DNA of 64,000 nt from Podarcis pityusensis (taxonomy: Eukaryota). The stretch lies in NCBI GenBank assembly GCA_964106645.2, contig OZ067039.1; one strand, given 5' to 3'. Shown in pieces: positions 24,531 to 38,105 of the stretch (the stretch's first letter is position 1; the number at the start of each line of letters is the position of its first letter). The notes beneath the pieces are model-generated. The model did no database searches and had not been told where the DNA came from. It saw only the letters and a program-made list of their open reading frames with translations. The translations under genes and the position numbers were made by a program.

Positions 24531-27500
24531 AACGTTGCTATCAGAATTTCAATTCTAAATTCAGAAGTCACAGAAATTCAATATCTACCCTAACTCTCTT
24601 CTTCTTTTTTGAATAGCAACTACTGTTGTTTCGCTAAATGTTCCCTTCTCACACTTTTTATTGCTGAAAATTGAGTCGTTGCTTGCCTCTGTAGTCTTCT
24701 GCTTATATGCCAGTGGGCATATAAGACTGGATTGTTGGCAAAGCTTGAAAAATTAACTGTGTAATCATTCTGTACCTCAGAAGATTGAGATGTCTGTCTT
24801 ATGTATGAGAACGTGTGCAATTTTACAATGCATGAGTTTTCCTAGAAGCCAGCAGTGACTAGGAAATATTTTACGGTCATCCCAACTATGAAGATTAAAA
24901 GCTTTTGTCATCTAGAGTTTCAGAGCAGAGTATAAGGTTCTGTTGGAAGCCTAACTTTGTTTTCTATGTGACCCACAGATGTTTTCATCTCCAAAAAGGG
25001 ACACCATTGCTCATAAAAGGTGATTAAGGCCGTTACCCCAGAACATGTGTTGGTGCCACATATTATTGGGGAGGGATTCTGAAATCCATCAGGCTTATTG
25101 ACCGGTAAAGTACTACTGAAAACAATAGCCTGCAATTTTAAGTAGTAAGAATTATGCTGTCTTCAGTGGCAGCTCTGTAACTAATAAAAAGTTTTACTTG
25201 ACTTTCATGCTCTCGATGTTCTCGTTTTGAGGTGATCCTTATGTTCTAATTTGCTGTGCACAAAGCACCCTTCTCTTTATTTAGTCTATTGTCAATTAAG
25301 AAGAACAAAGCATACCTATTAAAATGAGCACCCAGAGATGTTGGAAGCATTGCCTAATATCTGTGCTAGTTGCATAAAAGGGAATGGTTTGAATTGCAAA
25401 GTGATGTCTGACATTTTCAGCTGTACATGCCGAAATATTCTAAATATTTAGAGTAATTCATTTTAGTACTTAGAACTGCATATTCCTTCACATAACAAAG
25501 AAAATATATAAACCCAGCTCATACATTATTGGTTATTCACCTCTTCTGAAATTTGTCGGTTGTCCTTGTAATCTCTGTTCCAAAAATAATATGGGGAAAC
25601 ATTTAAGGGAGGCATTTTGTAGTGCTTTTTTAAATTCAATTAATCACTATTAAAAATCTTTTCTAAAAAAATATTATTGTGTTCTTTTTGGATTGATGCA
25701 TCCAAAAAAGTCTTTTGGGGAAGCCAGATAATTAATTGATTATTATTTTTAGACATGTCCTATGATCCATTATTTTTACTTCACTCAGAAGTATGTGGCT
25801 TTCTCCAATGATACGATACTGCTTGTCACAATGGTAGCTGGAGGAATTTCTTTTTATGCAATGCAGCAGGCTTCTGTATGGTGGCATGTTGCCTTTTTTA
25901 CAGGTAGAGCAACACGACAGGTGATAGTCCTATATATCAAGTCACTTTTTCAGTTTGCTTGTTTTTATGTGTGTGTGTAACAGTAACCTTTTTAACATGG
26001 CCATATCAAGAATACGTCAAATGTAAAATTTGCTCTGTTGGGTGTGCTTCCCTTCATAACTCTTTCATAATATAACAGTGCTGCTACAAAACTGCTTTCC
26101 CAAGTTATACAGTGTTGGAAATTTTGTTGTGTTCAATATCTAAATGAGAAACTGCCTGGGATTTCATTTTTCCAGAGTCTGACCCTGAAAAAAACTTTTA
26201 AGTGTTGGGTTGGCTGAAACCCCCGATAAAGCAAAAGTCTAGTTGTGTTAGATAGCAGTAGTATATTCTGTGAATAAAGGTTTTGAGTTGGGTCACTTAA
26301 TGCAGACAAAATCTATTTAACTGCCCTGAGGCTCAGGCCAGAGTATGACCATTACTAACATACAGCCCATTTCCAAAAGTGATTTTGAAAGTGATCCTTT
26401 CCCCATTGAGTTCAGTAAGATTTTCTTCCTATGACTTCAGTTAGTTCAAATTGCAGCCTTAGGCAAGGCTGAAAATATTAAAGTGAGTACCATATGAGAA
26501 ATAAAGCCACAGAGAGAGCTTGCTCACTTATGATATGACGCCCCCCAAATATAAACACTAGTTCTACTTATGTATAATGCAAATAATATATTTAACAAGT
26601 AATTGTCTTTTGTGCTAATCTTTGTTAATCAGCTTAATTTAGTACAATTACAAATTGTTTAAACTTGGGTATTTCGCTTGGAGTATGGGAAGAAGAAATT
26701 AATCCTGCAAAACAAAATATTTCCACAGTTGAAGGATGATGGTAAAACTTGTTGATAGCATTTGTCTCTGTTTTTGTAAATGTAGGCATTATTATGATGC
26801 GTTCTGTGACTCTTACATTCCAAGATATTTCGATAATTCTCTTGAAAAACAAAGCAATAGCAATTACAACAGCAGTTCACTGTATTTCAGCAGTTTATTT
26901 CAGCAGTTTATTTACTAAATTCCCTTTCTTTTTTCAGACTATTCTACATTACTTCAATCTCATTTTAACATGTGATGTTACTAGTTAAAAGCACTGCTGC
27001 AGTTTTCTTGTTTAGAGCCATATTCAAAAGCAATTCTAAATAATTTTCTTTAATGCTCTGCATTATTTAGAACCTCTCCTATTGAATTTAATAGCAATTT
27101 AATAGCAAATTTGTGTTTTGAACCAGAAATCTGTTGAAATGTAACAAAACAATAATAACAGATTGATACATGTTTGGGGTTATTGTTTTTTGGGAGGGGT
27201 TTTTTTCTTTTATTTTTTGAACCTATAGGGTCTATTTTTGTGTTTTTATATCCTCTGATGAGGGTGGTATAGAAATTTTTAATAATAAAATTGTTTAAGC
27301 TCCAGTGATTATAATACAGTCTTTTATGTATTTGTTGGAGGTTTATTTGTTAAACACAGTCACTCTGACTAGGTAGTTTATGAAGATCCTGTGTAATATC
27401 TTAGTTGTTGAAAATCTATCGTTGCTTGTGAAAAGCAACGTCATTAATGTTCCTGAATTTTCTTTCAATAGCTCTTTAAATAATATTGGTTTTAAAATCT

Positions 27501-29475
27501 TGTCCAAAGTAAGCAGAACAGATTGATACATTTCTGATTCATCTTGGTACCAGTGTTCCAACTTTTACAACATTGTAATATATTTCATTGTGCCAAATCG
27601 AAGCTTCTGTGTTTGAATATTTGCCCCACTGTTTAACAGGAATCACTAAGGTAACTCCTTCTCCTCCTCCTCCTCCTCCTTCCTTACCTGCCTTTCACCG
27701 TAAAGTCCAGGGGCGGATTACAACATTAAAAACACCATTAAAAACAATTTGAAGCAACTGAATTCTTATGAATTACATCTATTAGACTTTAAGGCCAATG
27801 AGCAAATTGTATAAGGGATTACCTATGTTGACTATATATTCTAACATTGGTTGACTGATAAAAATTGCCCACTTTTGTTGGTTTTGGAAAAATATATATC
27901 ATTTGGATCTATATCTCTTTAAGTATAAAACCTTACTTCTTTAGCCAGGTTTATAATAATGCAATAAGCCACTAATATTTCAAGAGAAGAGTAGTTGTAA
28001 TATTTATGGAGTGTGTGATGTACCCCACCCTAGAATCACTTGATTTGTTGAAAGCGGAGAAAATAAATAAGCAAATCCTTGTTTCATGCAATTAGAAAAT
28101 AAGTGCTCTTAAAATGAGATACATTTAGCCTATGTATGCAGTTTGTAAAATTAGTGAAATTGAATAAATTAACACAAAATGTTACTAATTGAACAATATA
28201 TCGGTCAAAAATAGAAATGTAGCAAAATAAATTATTTTTATTACTAAAACAAAAGAATCTATTTTCTAAGGGGCATTTAAAAACTTCGGGAGAATGTCTA
28301 CAGAATCAATTATTTTCTCCCACTTTCTTTTTTCTTTGTATGATATTCACTGATTAAAATGGCATAACACTGTTAAAAGCCAATTACAATTTATGAAGGA
28401 TCCCCCTTCAATCATAACCCCCAAACTAGAATTTTGACCTAGCATTCAGGTGCACTATCTCCTTAGCAGCATTTCTGGAGTTGCATCTGTGATTTGAGAT
28501 ATATGTGTAGTCTTGTTAGAGAGAAATTATCTGGTTCCTGTGAGTAATCTGGTTAAATCCATGCATATTTTCAAATTGAAGCCATTGCTTTAAGTCTAGG
28601 CTTCATTAATCAAGTAACTGAAAACAATAGAACACTTTACTCCCCTATCTATGGAACTTTTCCCCAGTACGAGATTTGACTGCCCCACATTTTATATTTA
28701 TTAAGCAAATAGCTGAAGACCTACCAATTTTTGCCCTTTGGATCATAGCTGGAGTGGCTCAACTTGTTCAACTGTATTGCTCAATTTTCATAAATTGTAT
28801 TTTATAGTAAATACTGTTTTAAGTATATTTTTAATGAAGTATTTTATAAATGTTAGTTGCTCTCAATTGTGTATGAGGAACTGTAGTATACAATAAATAA
28901 ATTTCCCATGTCACATTTTGAAATATTAAACTGCCTATTAATAGACAATAATAGGTGTTGCCATATTGTTCAAGGACTTGAGTTCTTCCTTATATTTACA
29001 AGAGTTTGTAAAAGAAGAAAGTCCAATAAACTAATAAAGATTTGAGTTTTTCAAAGTGAGACTAACTTACTATCTGCTAGATTGTATTAGTGTATCTGTT
29101 ACCAGCTTTGAAACAAGCCCAAGATCTTTAGCTCATTTAAGATCCTTACTTGTTCCGAAGTTGTAACCATAGAGTGGCATTCTCACTAAGTCATACTTGG
29201 GACAGACCCATTGAAATCAATATTCCATTTATTTGAATTGGTCTGCTCATTATGGGCAAAGTAGGAAACTATGGTTAATTGGAGAATTTCTGGTTTAATT
29301 TCAGTTTTCACAAAGGAAGAGACAAAGAGAATACCTGTTTGCAAAAGAGTCTGTTAAATAAGCAAAAAAATGATCATCCAGACTGAGCCGGTACATCAGG
29401 CTCCTTACTTGATTCTGTTGTTAGCAATCCATTTCAGGACCATTTCATTGTTTGCTTTTATTGGTTAGTTATTCG

Positions 29476-29588
29476 CAGGGCTTTTTTTCCCAGCCAGAAC
29501 TTGGTTCCGGCACCTCTCAGATGGGCGCATTGCCACTGTAAGACAAGAAGGTGAGTTCTGGAACCTTTTTTCTAGAAAAATAGCACTG
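29476..29588. mobile_element. Short hAT-type MITE
   Basis: Ends CAGGGCTTTTTTT...AAAAATAGCACTG. 8-bp TSD gttattcg/gttatttg (7/8 match). Confidence 0.8.
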
Positions 29589-32113
29589 GTTATTTGAAAC
29601 AAGGTATTAGAAGTATAATTCTCAGCAAACATGTAGGGTTCCCCGCCCCCTCTTACTGCAGCAATATTTGTCCTCTCAGTATATTCAAGGAAACCAACAT
29701 TATTTCCTCCTTCACTTTCCTTTTTCCTAAACATCTGATAACCGTTTGTTTTTAATCACCCTTACAGTGTACCCTCTAACCCACAGCACTTTCATTGTGT
29801 ATTGGGGGAGAGGGCTGTGCCGGAGGGGATTTGGTTTACACTATATACTCCCAATTTATCCTAAAATCTTTTTAATGTTTCCTGTGGCAGTCCCCCTCCC
29901 CCCTGTTTTCACATGCATATACAGGAAGCTGAGAAACGCTGCAAAAAGTCTCTGGAAATTTCAGGAAAATCTTTGATTACAAGTAGGTGTAAAATTCCAT
30001 AGACCTGCTGTGTTCTTATGTGACTTTTGGAATTTGCCAGATATTTTCTGAAGAATACACATCAGAGTACATGGTTGGAATTTAAAGAAGAAACCTGGTA
30101 ACTACTCGTTCTTTTGGAGCGGTTCACAAGTTATCCAGTTGTATGTTTGCTGTTGGGAAGTGGAAGTGTGGTTATAATGCAAGCTGGGAAGCTATGTCTG
30201 TGTACTAAATTCTCAAGTAATTTTAGCAATTTTAATATGCCATGGTCCCCACTCTACTCCAGTGTCCGGTTTTTAAGAAGGCCATTGATCATTTCTTCCA
30301 TTGTACTCCATTGTGTTGCTTTAAGTCATTGTACATAATTAAATTAACTTATTTCTTCTTACATCCCATTCTTACATCTTTTTGCCTTGTAAATTTTGTA
30401 TTGTTTATGAGCCTGTTCAGTATCTAGTAGAAATCTTTTGTGTAGATGTTCCGTTCTGAGGCTTATGTCCGTAGGATATAATGCAAACACAGACAAACAC
30501 TCTCACACTGAGGAAAATTGATTTTTGGCAGTTGCCAAAACCATATCCTGTCCTATACAGCATGTAAACTAAACATACATGTTTGGGAAGGGGGACAATG
30601 TCTAAGAATTTATGGAGATGGATTTTCACTTCTCCCCAACTGCTTTGTGTTTTTTTTAAAGAGCAAAATGTCATTCCAATAGACATGTGGAACACTTACA
30701 CATATGTTAATAAATATATGATATTAACTGTGGGCAGTAGTCAGCAAAATAGTTGTGCACATGCAAGGATTAACATTAGTGCAATTAATGCAACTAGTTG
30801 ATAAAGAAACCTTTTGTTTGAGCTTAAGCATTTAAACATTTGCTATTTGGACCCGAAAGAAGAAAAACATTCTGCATGTGATCTAAACATCTTACATTTT
30901 ATATGTTGCTCATCATGTTTGTGTCTTTATGCTAAGTGATAATTTGGAATATTAGTTAATTTATTATAGCTATTCTTCCGTCACAAGCCCTGGGATGTGT
31001 GTATGAATCTCTTAAGAACACCTGATGAATGATAAAGCCTCTTGAGATATTGCTAAATATAGAATACTCCAGCCATCATATGTTTTTGCAAAAGATGTGT
31101 AGGGAAAGGAGAGTGCACAAAGCAAGAGTTTTTAAATTGTTCAGCGGCTCTTTCCATGGCCCCACATATGTCCATCTAAAATGTGAACTAACAGGATTTT
31201 CCTATGTTGTCTTCATTTGATATGGACATAGAGTGGCAGACAGGGGATTGATGATGATCTCAGCAGTTGGCATGATTAGAGACAAATGGTAGAGACCACA
31301 GGTACAGCTGTTGAAAGCTGTCAGAATCTTGCCTTTTTTCCTGCTTAGGTGATCTTCCTAGATTGTCTTCCTTCATAGCTGGAGACCTTTCAGAGTCATG
31401 TGGGTTTTTTCTCTGAAAGCATGACCAAGATTTTGAATTTTTATGCTTTGCATGCAAGCATCTGTGCTTTTATTCCTTCAACACCCTGAATCTTTGTTCA
31501 CTCCATGTTGCTAACACTTATCCAACTTTCCTAGGCTTGGTGTCCCAGTTGTTTCCCTTGTGGGTTTCTGTGGCATTTCTGTTGCTTGCAAAATATCTTA
31601 GTAAATAGCATCCCTGTCTTTTCTTCCAAAACATGCTTCTCACCTATCATATGCAGTGTGTTTTTGTGTTTGTTTGTTTGTTTGTTTGTGTGTACAAAGT
31701 TTAGTACTCCAGCAGTTAAGTCTCATCTCATGTGCTGTGAGAACTTCTGACTTGGATTGTAAACTCCTAGACAAACAGTGCCATGAAGAACTACAGTAAA
31801 AAATATTTGAGGTTATTTAGATGTGGGAATATGTGCATCATATAGCCTATACTCTTGGTACTCTTCCCTTCAACATTTCAACAAGGAGCAATTAAGTTTA
31901 ATACCTTTTCTATTCATTTCAATGCTGGAGAAAGATGGGGGCTCACAGTTGTGATGCATGTGGAAGTCCATCATTGATATTCAAGTGAATGAAACACTTC
32001 TTGCTCACAGTGCACAGGAACTCAATCACAATGGTTATACATTATCCCAAAAGCTCACAATCTAAAACAAAGAATACAAGAAAATTAAGGAAGATTGAAT
32101 GTAAGATGATGTT

Positions 32114-32200
32114 GGAGTACAAGTTCTATCATCCCTGGTCATTGGCCATGCTGGCTGTGGCTGATGGAAGTTGGAGTCTGAACATCTGGATGGCCAGCCA
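32114..32200. mobile_element. Fragment of a common squamate hAT-derived MITE
   Basis: tacaagttctatcatccctggtcattggccatgctggctgtggctgatggaagttggagtc, an imperfect palindrome I recall as an abundant lizard repeat. Confidence 0.55.
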
Positions 32201-32422
32201 ACCCCACTGTAGAGGTATTTTCCTCCTAGCAACACAGTCATTATGACTCCTTGCACTAATGGATTAATTGACCCTGCTTATTTGAATCCCACGTGCTTTC
32301 TGAGTATATTCTGTTCTTGAAAAAATCATTGAATATTTGAATTCAGCTAGGCTTGCCAATCTGATGCCACCAGAATAGAGTGGATGAGATCTGTATCGGT
32401 AAGCAACCTTCCTCCTATTGTT

Positions 32423-32586
32423 AGGAACATAGGAAGCTGTCTTGTGCTGAATCAGACCATTGGTACTGCTGTCTGGCAGCAGCTCTGCAGGGCTTCAAAT
32501 GGATCTCTCCTAGCCCTACCTGGACATGCCTGAATGAACCTGGGACCTTCTGCATGCAAAGCTTGAGTTCCACTTCTGAACCATGG
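32423..32586 (-). mobile_element. Old tRNA-derived SINE
   Basis: Minus strand has ctttgcatgcagaaggtcccaggttca (B-box region) and the tail agcttcctatgttcct. Homologous to 59595-59785 and to a remnant near 23435-23560. Confidence 0.7.
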
Positions 32587-32643
32587 CATATGTTCTTTGT
32601 CATTTCTGGTAGAGGATATATAGGTATAAATATATTGGAAACA

Positions 32644-32991
32644 GGGACGCGGGTGGCGCTGTGGGTTAAACCACAGAGCCTAGGACTTGCCGATCAGAAG
32701 GTCGGCGGTTCGAATCCCCGCAACTGGGTGAGCTCCCGTTGCTCGGTCCCTGCTCCTGCCAACCTAGCAGTTTGAAAGCACGCCAAAGTGCAAGTAGATA
32801 AATAGGTACCACTCCGGCGGGAAGGTAAACGGCGTTTCCGTGCGCTGCTCTGGTTCACCAGAAGCGGCCAGAAGCTGGCCACATGACCTGGAAGCTGTAC
32901 GCCAGCTCCCTCGGCCAATAAAGCGAGATGAGCGCCGCAACCCCAGAGTTGGTCACGACTGGACCTAATGGTCAGGGGTCCCTTTACCTTT
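32644..32991 (+). mobile_element. Sauria SINE (Squam1), full length
   Basis: GGGACGCGGGTGGCGCTGTGGGTTAAACC...GGTTCGAATCC...CCTTTACCTTT. Perfect 13-bp TSD TATATTGGAAACA (32631-32643, 32992-33004). CpG-rich. Confidence 0.95.
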
Positions 32992-33236
32992 TATATTGGA
33001 AACACTACATGCATCAGACAAAACAAAAATAGAAACTTGATTCCTTAAAGGCTTTTTCTCTTGCTGCCTTTTCTTAATTATACTGTACATTTACTATGCG
33101 AGGTTTCCACATAACTGTGTCCTGAATATTTATGCTTTTATCCTGCAAGTGTTATGCAAATCTTTGGTTCTAGGTTTCCAATTGGAGGGTGTAGATGCAC
33201 AAATGTTGTTATAAATGCAACTCTCTCACTCCCCCT

Positions 33237-33239
<3 letters not shown>

Positions 33240-33270
<31 letters not shown>
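33240..33270. repeat. (TG)n microsatellite
   Basis: Perfect dinucleotide run. Confidence 0.98.
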
Positions 33271-33273
<3 letters not shown>

Positions 33274-34378
33274 TGTATGAGAGAGGGAGAGAGAACAGTC
33301 TAAAGTCTGCATACTCGAGCTACAATGTGTGGTGTTCAGTTCACATATGTTTGAGGTGCACAGGAAATTGAAATATACAAAAGTTCAAACTCCTGCAATG
33401 CTACTTCTCATAACCAATTCCCCTATCACACTAAATTCCCATAAAGCACATGCCAGTTGCCTCTCTTGCCTTCTCTGGAGGTAGGCGAACATTTCTAATA
33501 TAGTGTTTTCCTTTCCTCTGTGCCACAAAGTGGTAATATATTTGTTGATGACAAAACCAACAGGTGCCAGGGCTGTTGGGTACTGACGCTGTTTGGCTCA
33601 ATGCCTACAGTCGCACAGTGGATATATTGTATGTCTGTAGGTTTTTGTGTCGTTCTATGTCCTTTTGAGGGATGGGATAACCCAGTTGAAATACATACTT
33701 AAACTCCTGAGGGATTAGATGTGTTTCCTTTGCTTTACAGTTAAGAATTTTACAGTTTCTTTGTTTGCAGGTTCTCAGATTGCTTAATGATTCCTCGCCA
33801 CCCCACCCCCCTTTTTGCCCAGGTGTGTATAATAGCTGTATTTGAACCTTTCTAGGTTTGCCAGTTTTATTACTCAACATATGGTATATCCCTTTATTTC
33901 TGTCTGCTATGTCATTCCTTTGCTTTAGGGGCCCTGCTATATGCTGGGAGTTTTGCTTTAACAATTGGATTTCTAGAATCGGACATGATTCAGGCTGGGA
34001 AAGACTGAGATTTGTTTTAGGAATCAAGATACGTTAATGAAGGTTATTTACAGGTCGTTGTCTTTTTTCCTCCCACCTTCATGATGATTGTAATGTGGCT
34101 TCCCTAGTTGTGAAGATAAGAACCTTTTGGCTTCTGCTACAATTTTCATAAATGTGACTTGTGGTACATTCATATGGCCATTATTGATGCAATGGCAATC
34201 TCCTTTAGCATGCCTAAGACACCGCTCTCTGTGGGAGTCAGCCTGCTCTCAACATCAGCTGTGGCTGTTACCACTTCAGTACCTGTGTTGAATTTGGGGC
34301 TTACGTCGCAGGCAGTTCCCCTGACACAAGGCATCTTCTTGACCTGGCTTGTCCATCATGAATTTCTAAGGCTACACA

Positions 34379-34694
34379 GAGACAGTGTGGTGTAGTGGTT
34401 AAGAGCAGTAGTCTCGTAATCTGGGGAACCAGGTTCGCGTCTCCACTCCTCCACATGCAGCTGCTGGGTGACCTTGGGCCAGTCACACTTCTTTGAAGTC
34501 TCTCAGCCCCACTCACCTCACAGAGTGTTTGTTGTGGGGGAGGAAGGGAAAGGAGAATGTTAGCCGCTTTGAGACTCCTTAAAGGGAGTGAAAGGCAGGA
34601 TATCAAATCCAAACGCTGCTGCTGCTGCTGCTGCTGCTTCTTCTTCTTCTTCTTCTTCTTCTTCTTCTTCTTCTTCTTCTTCTTCTTCTTCTTC
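34379..34694 (+). mobile_element. tRNA-CORE SINE with L2-type end (Squam3-like) and microsatellite tail
   Basis: A-box GTGGTGTAGTGG, B-box-like GGTTCGCGTCTCC, CORE-like GGGTGACCTTGGGCCAGTCAC, end gaaaggcaggatatcaaatccaaac, then (GCT)8(TCT)~18. Confidence 0.85.
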
Positions 34695-34923
34695 CTTGAA
34701 GCTTTATCCAGCAACAGTTGATGGCTTTGGAACTCTATTACACAATACCAGCTGTAGGCACCAGGGAAGCAGCTCCTACTGTTATAGCTTTAATAATAAT
34801 AATAAAATCTAGCAATCAACTGAACTCGGAACCCAGGGCGTGTTTCCAGGTAGTAAACACTATAGCCTCCAATGGATAGCAGTGTTTCAACTATGCTAGT
34901 CATCACCATTACCTCAATATTTA

Positions 34924-34924
<1 letters not shown>

Positions 34925-34954
<30 letters not shown>

Positions 34955-35640
34955 TCTCACCCTCCCTCCCAAAGGAACTCAGGGTGGCAAACACTTCTTT
35001 GTTAAAAATTTAAAAACCTGTTTAAAACGTTTGAAAGCACTTTAATGCAATAAAGCACAATAAAACATCCATAACAGATTTAAGAACACATGTTAATCAT
35101 GTGGCTGGATAGACCCACTGAAACAGGAAGATTTTCAGAATTAGAGTTCAGTAATGGTGTCTGCCTAATGTCAAGAGGCAAGAAGTTCTACAGTACAGGT
35201 GCCTTCACACTAAAGGAATGACTTCTTACAAATGTGGAATAGACATTGCGTGGCCGTTGTAGAAGTGCAAGTTATGCAGATTGGTGTGAGTGAGTTAGGA
35301 CGTATGGAGTCAGGCAATCTCTTAAGTAAACTGATTGCAAGGTGGTGAGCACCTGAAATAGCGATAATAACATCTGGATCTCAGTGCAGTAGTGATCTTG
35401 CTGGCAGTGCAAATATTTGAGCACAAATGCTGACACTCCTGTCAGCAATTGTGCTGCAACATTTTGCATTAACTGTGGTTTCCAAACCAAACACAAAGGA
35501 ATCACCACGTAGAGTACTTTGCCGTAGTCCTGTCTTGAAGTTACCAGTTCCTGAACCACTAGTCAAGCAGCCCCGGTCCAGGAACCGTCACTGTTGTCTT
35601 ACTAGCTGAAGCCTGTGAAAAACACTCTTAGCCACCAAGA
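34925..35640 (-). mobile_element. Degenerate L2 LINE 3' fragment
   Basis: Minus-strand peptide LVTSRQDYGKVLYVVIPL.LVWKPQLMQNVAAQLLTG matches the L2 motif TSRLDYCN.L..GLP.....LQLVQNAAARLLT. Confidence 0.8.
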
Positions 35641-37797
35641 CTAATGTTTTCTTTGGACTTAACATATTCTGCTTGCCAATTTACTGTCTGATTTGAATTT
35701 TCATCTTTGAGAGTCAACATCGTATCAGTCTGTCTTACAGAGATACCATCTTTTAGATGGCTCAATATTAAGGTATACTCTCATCTTGAACAAACACTTA
35801 ATCTTGCTCTCTCTGTGTGTGTCTTGGTTACTTCATCTGTGAAATTGGAATAATTAACCCCCCACAAGTGTACTCAGAATTAATGTTGGTAATGTTTGCG
35901 TGTAGTTTTGAAAATAGGAATAATTGTTAATAGGTCTCTATGTCTATCTTTACTGATTTAAAGAATAAGGCATTTAACTCTTACACACTGGAGAACATGA
36001 AACTGTTTTTGCTGTTACAATTAGACTTGAGCACTTAACACATATGTGTCCTCCCTTAAAATCTATCCTTCCTCACTGACCCATCTTAACATATCAATAA
36101 ATATGTCTCTGAGTGAATTCACTGTATTCCTATGATTGTTAAGTAGAAAAGCATTTTTATATAATTACAAGCCTAATATCCCTCTTAAACACACCAACAT
36201 TACCTATCCAGGGAGTTCTGAATGACAGTCTGTCTTCCTGAATTTAGCATTGAACTGTGAAAACCTTCATTTGCTAGCCTTAATAACCTTAAGCTTTTTT
36301 TTGTTGGCTCATTTTATCAGGAACTTAATATCTCTGCATTAGAGGCAGAAAGGTCTGTATGGAATGCTAGGTACTGTGTACTATTTATTGCACTTCCTTG
36401 TTCCATTTGGGATTTTTGGGATTTCTGGTCCTTTGTCACCCTAGCTGAGAAGTAAACTGAAACCTTATGTACTAATTCAAACCAATGGCTTGATGTCACC
36501 TTCCTTAAGTACTTTGACTTGAACTCTGAGTTGCCCCCAGGGACTCTGATCCAATGGAGGTTCTCAGTGGCAGAAACAGGAGGTGATTTCTGCCTATTTT
36601 CCTTTTCCCCTGCATCCCCCAGTCTTCCAGAGCAGATTTCCAGAGGCACAGAGAGCTACATCCCCTCTCTTCCTGCCCTCACCTTCACCAGTAGGAGTAC
36701 CTTGTGGGTGAAGCTCACACCAGTATATGCAAAGTCCACTTAGCACATACCATGTATTGCAGCCCATCAGCTCTTTGCCTGTCACCAGAGTGGTTAGTGG
36801 TGTGAACAGGTATCTACCTCTCAGATAAACACCATTTAAGAAAGGTTGTGCCTCTCCTTATCAGCACGGTTGGCTTAGGTGACCATGTAGAGTATTTTCA
36901 AGCCTTGAAAATACAAAAGTATTTCTCACAAAGGAAGTATCCTGTGTTTTCTTTATAAAGACCGGAAATCCTGTTATAGGCTGAGATCCAAATAAGTACT
37001 TAAAGAGCCTGGGAGTGTCCACTGGGAGGTCAGTGGGAGCTCTTCACTTTAGCACTAGCTGCTTTTGGAACATCCCCTTCCAAAGCGTTTTGCTACGTGA
37101 TATGGCAAGCATTCTGTTGATATCCAGAATGGGTATTCTGCCAAGAAACAAAAGTCAAAAGTCCCCTGGACATGCAGAACTAGTTTCCTCTTGCTTTAAA
37201 AATCATGTTTTGTTTTTCAGTTAACACAGGGAGAGGACTTTGTGTATGTGCGGAGGTTAACTTTCTGCATCTTCCCTATAATATCATAAGAACATATGGG
37301 AGTTTATTCTTTCATCTATATTTCCATGTACAGTGTTCACTGAATTTGATGTTATCTGCTTGAGTAGGCAATTAAATTCTGATTGGATTCCTTAATATTT
37401 TCCATAGATAGAAGAGCAGTCAGTTGTGGTGTCAGATATCTGTGCCAGGGTATCTCTCTGCCAGCTTTTATAAGCTTAGATGAATTGTCAACAACTTGTC
37501 TGCAAATAAGTACAACTGTTCCTCTGTCAAGAGGGTATGAGCAAAGCATCTGGAAATGTGGTAATTTAGAAAGAGCTACTAGTTTAAAAAAGCAAATAGG
37601 GAAAAACAGATCTGAAGAATAAGACACCCAGCTTCAGCAATTTTAAAATAAATATACAGTTTATATGAATTATGTATGAAGCATGCATGCATGTCTCTAA
37701 AACAAAGTCTGTATTCACTCTTAGGCTTTTTAGAGTTGAATATCCACCTCCCCCTTATTCTCTCTTTTCATTTCAATCCTGAAACAATATTCTAGGC

Positions 37798-38105
37798 TAG
37801 GGGTCGGCAAGGTTTACTTTGCCAGGGCCAGTTCACTCCAGCGGAGATCCCTCCATGCGCTGGATTGTGCGCGTGTGAGCATGCACGCCTGCAATTTCTG
37901 GCATCTGTGTCTGTGCAGATGCAATTTCTGGTGTCTGCGTCTGCACAGATGCGATTTCCGGCGCCACAGAAGCGAGTCGCGCCGGTTTAGCACCGCGCGT
38001 GGGGACTTGTCATGTGGGTGTCTTGGTTCGGGGGTGGCTCATGGGCCAGTTAAATGACCCCCATGGGCTGCTTCTGGACCATGGGCCTTAGGTTGCCTAC
38101 CCCTG
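37798..38105. mobile_element. hAT (Charlie-type) MITE
   Basis: TIRs tAGGGGTCGGCAA...TTGCCTACCCCTG. Perfect 8-bp TSD TTCTAGGC (37790-37797, 38106-38113). Internal ~30-bp tandem unit gcaatttctgg..tctg.gtctg..cagat. Confidence 0.9.

Noticed and set aside
25890-25910. Recursive-splicing-like site (ttttttacAG|GTagag); others near 17500 and 19207
   Set aside because: AG/GT juxtapositions are expected by chance in 48 kb, and the pyrimidine tracts or donors are weak. It would need saw-tooth nascent RNA-seq evidence.
34301-34812. Poly-K/poly-Q and poly-A/poly-S ORFs
   Set aside because: Translations of the SINE microsatellite tail.
815-35640. Strict antisense bias of L2 fragments
   Set aside because: The longer fragments are antisense, but sense-oriented tail remnants appear near 27250 and 28870, the sample is small, and the bias is already well known.
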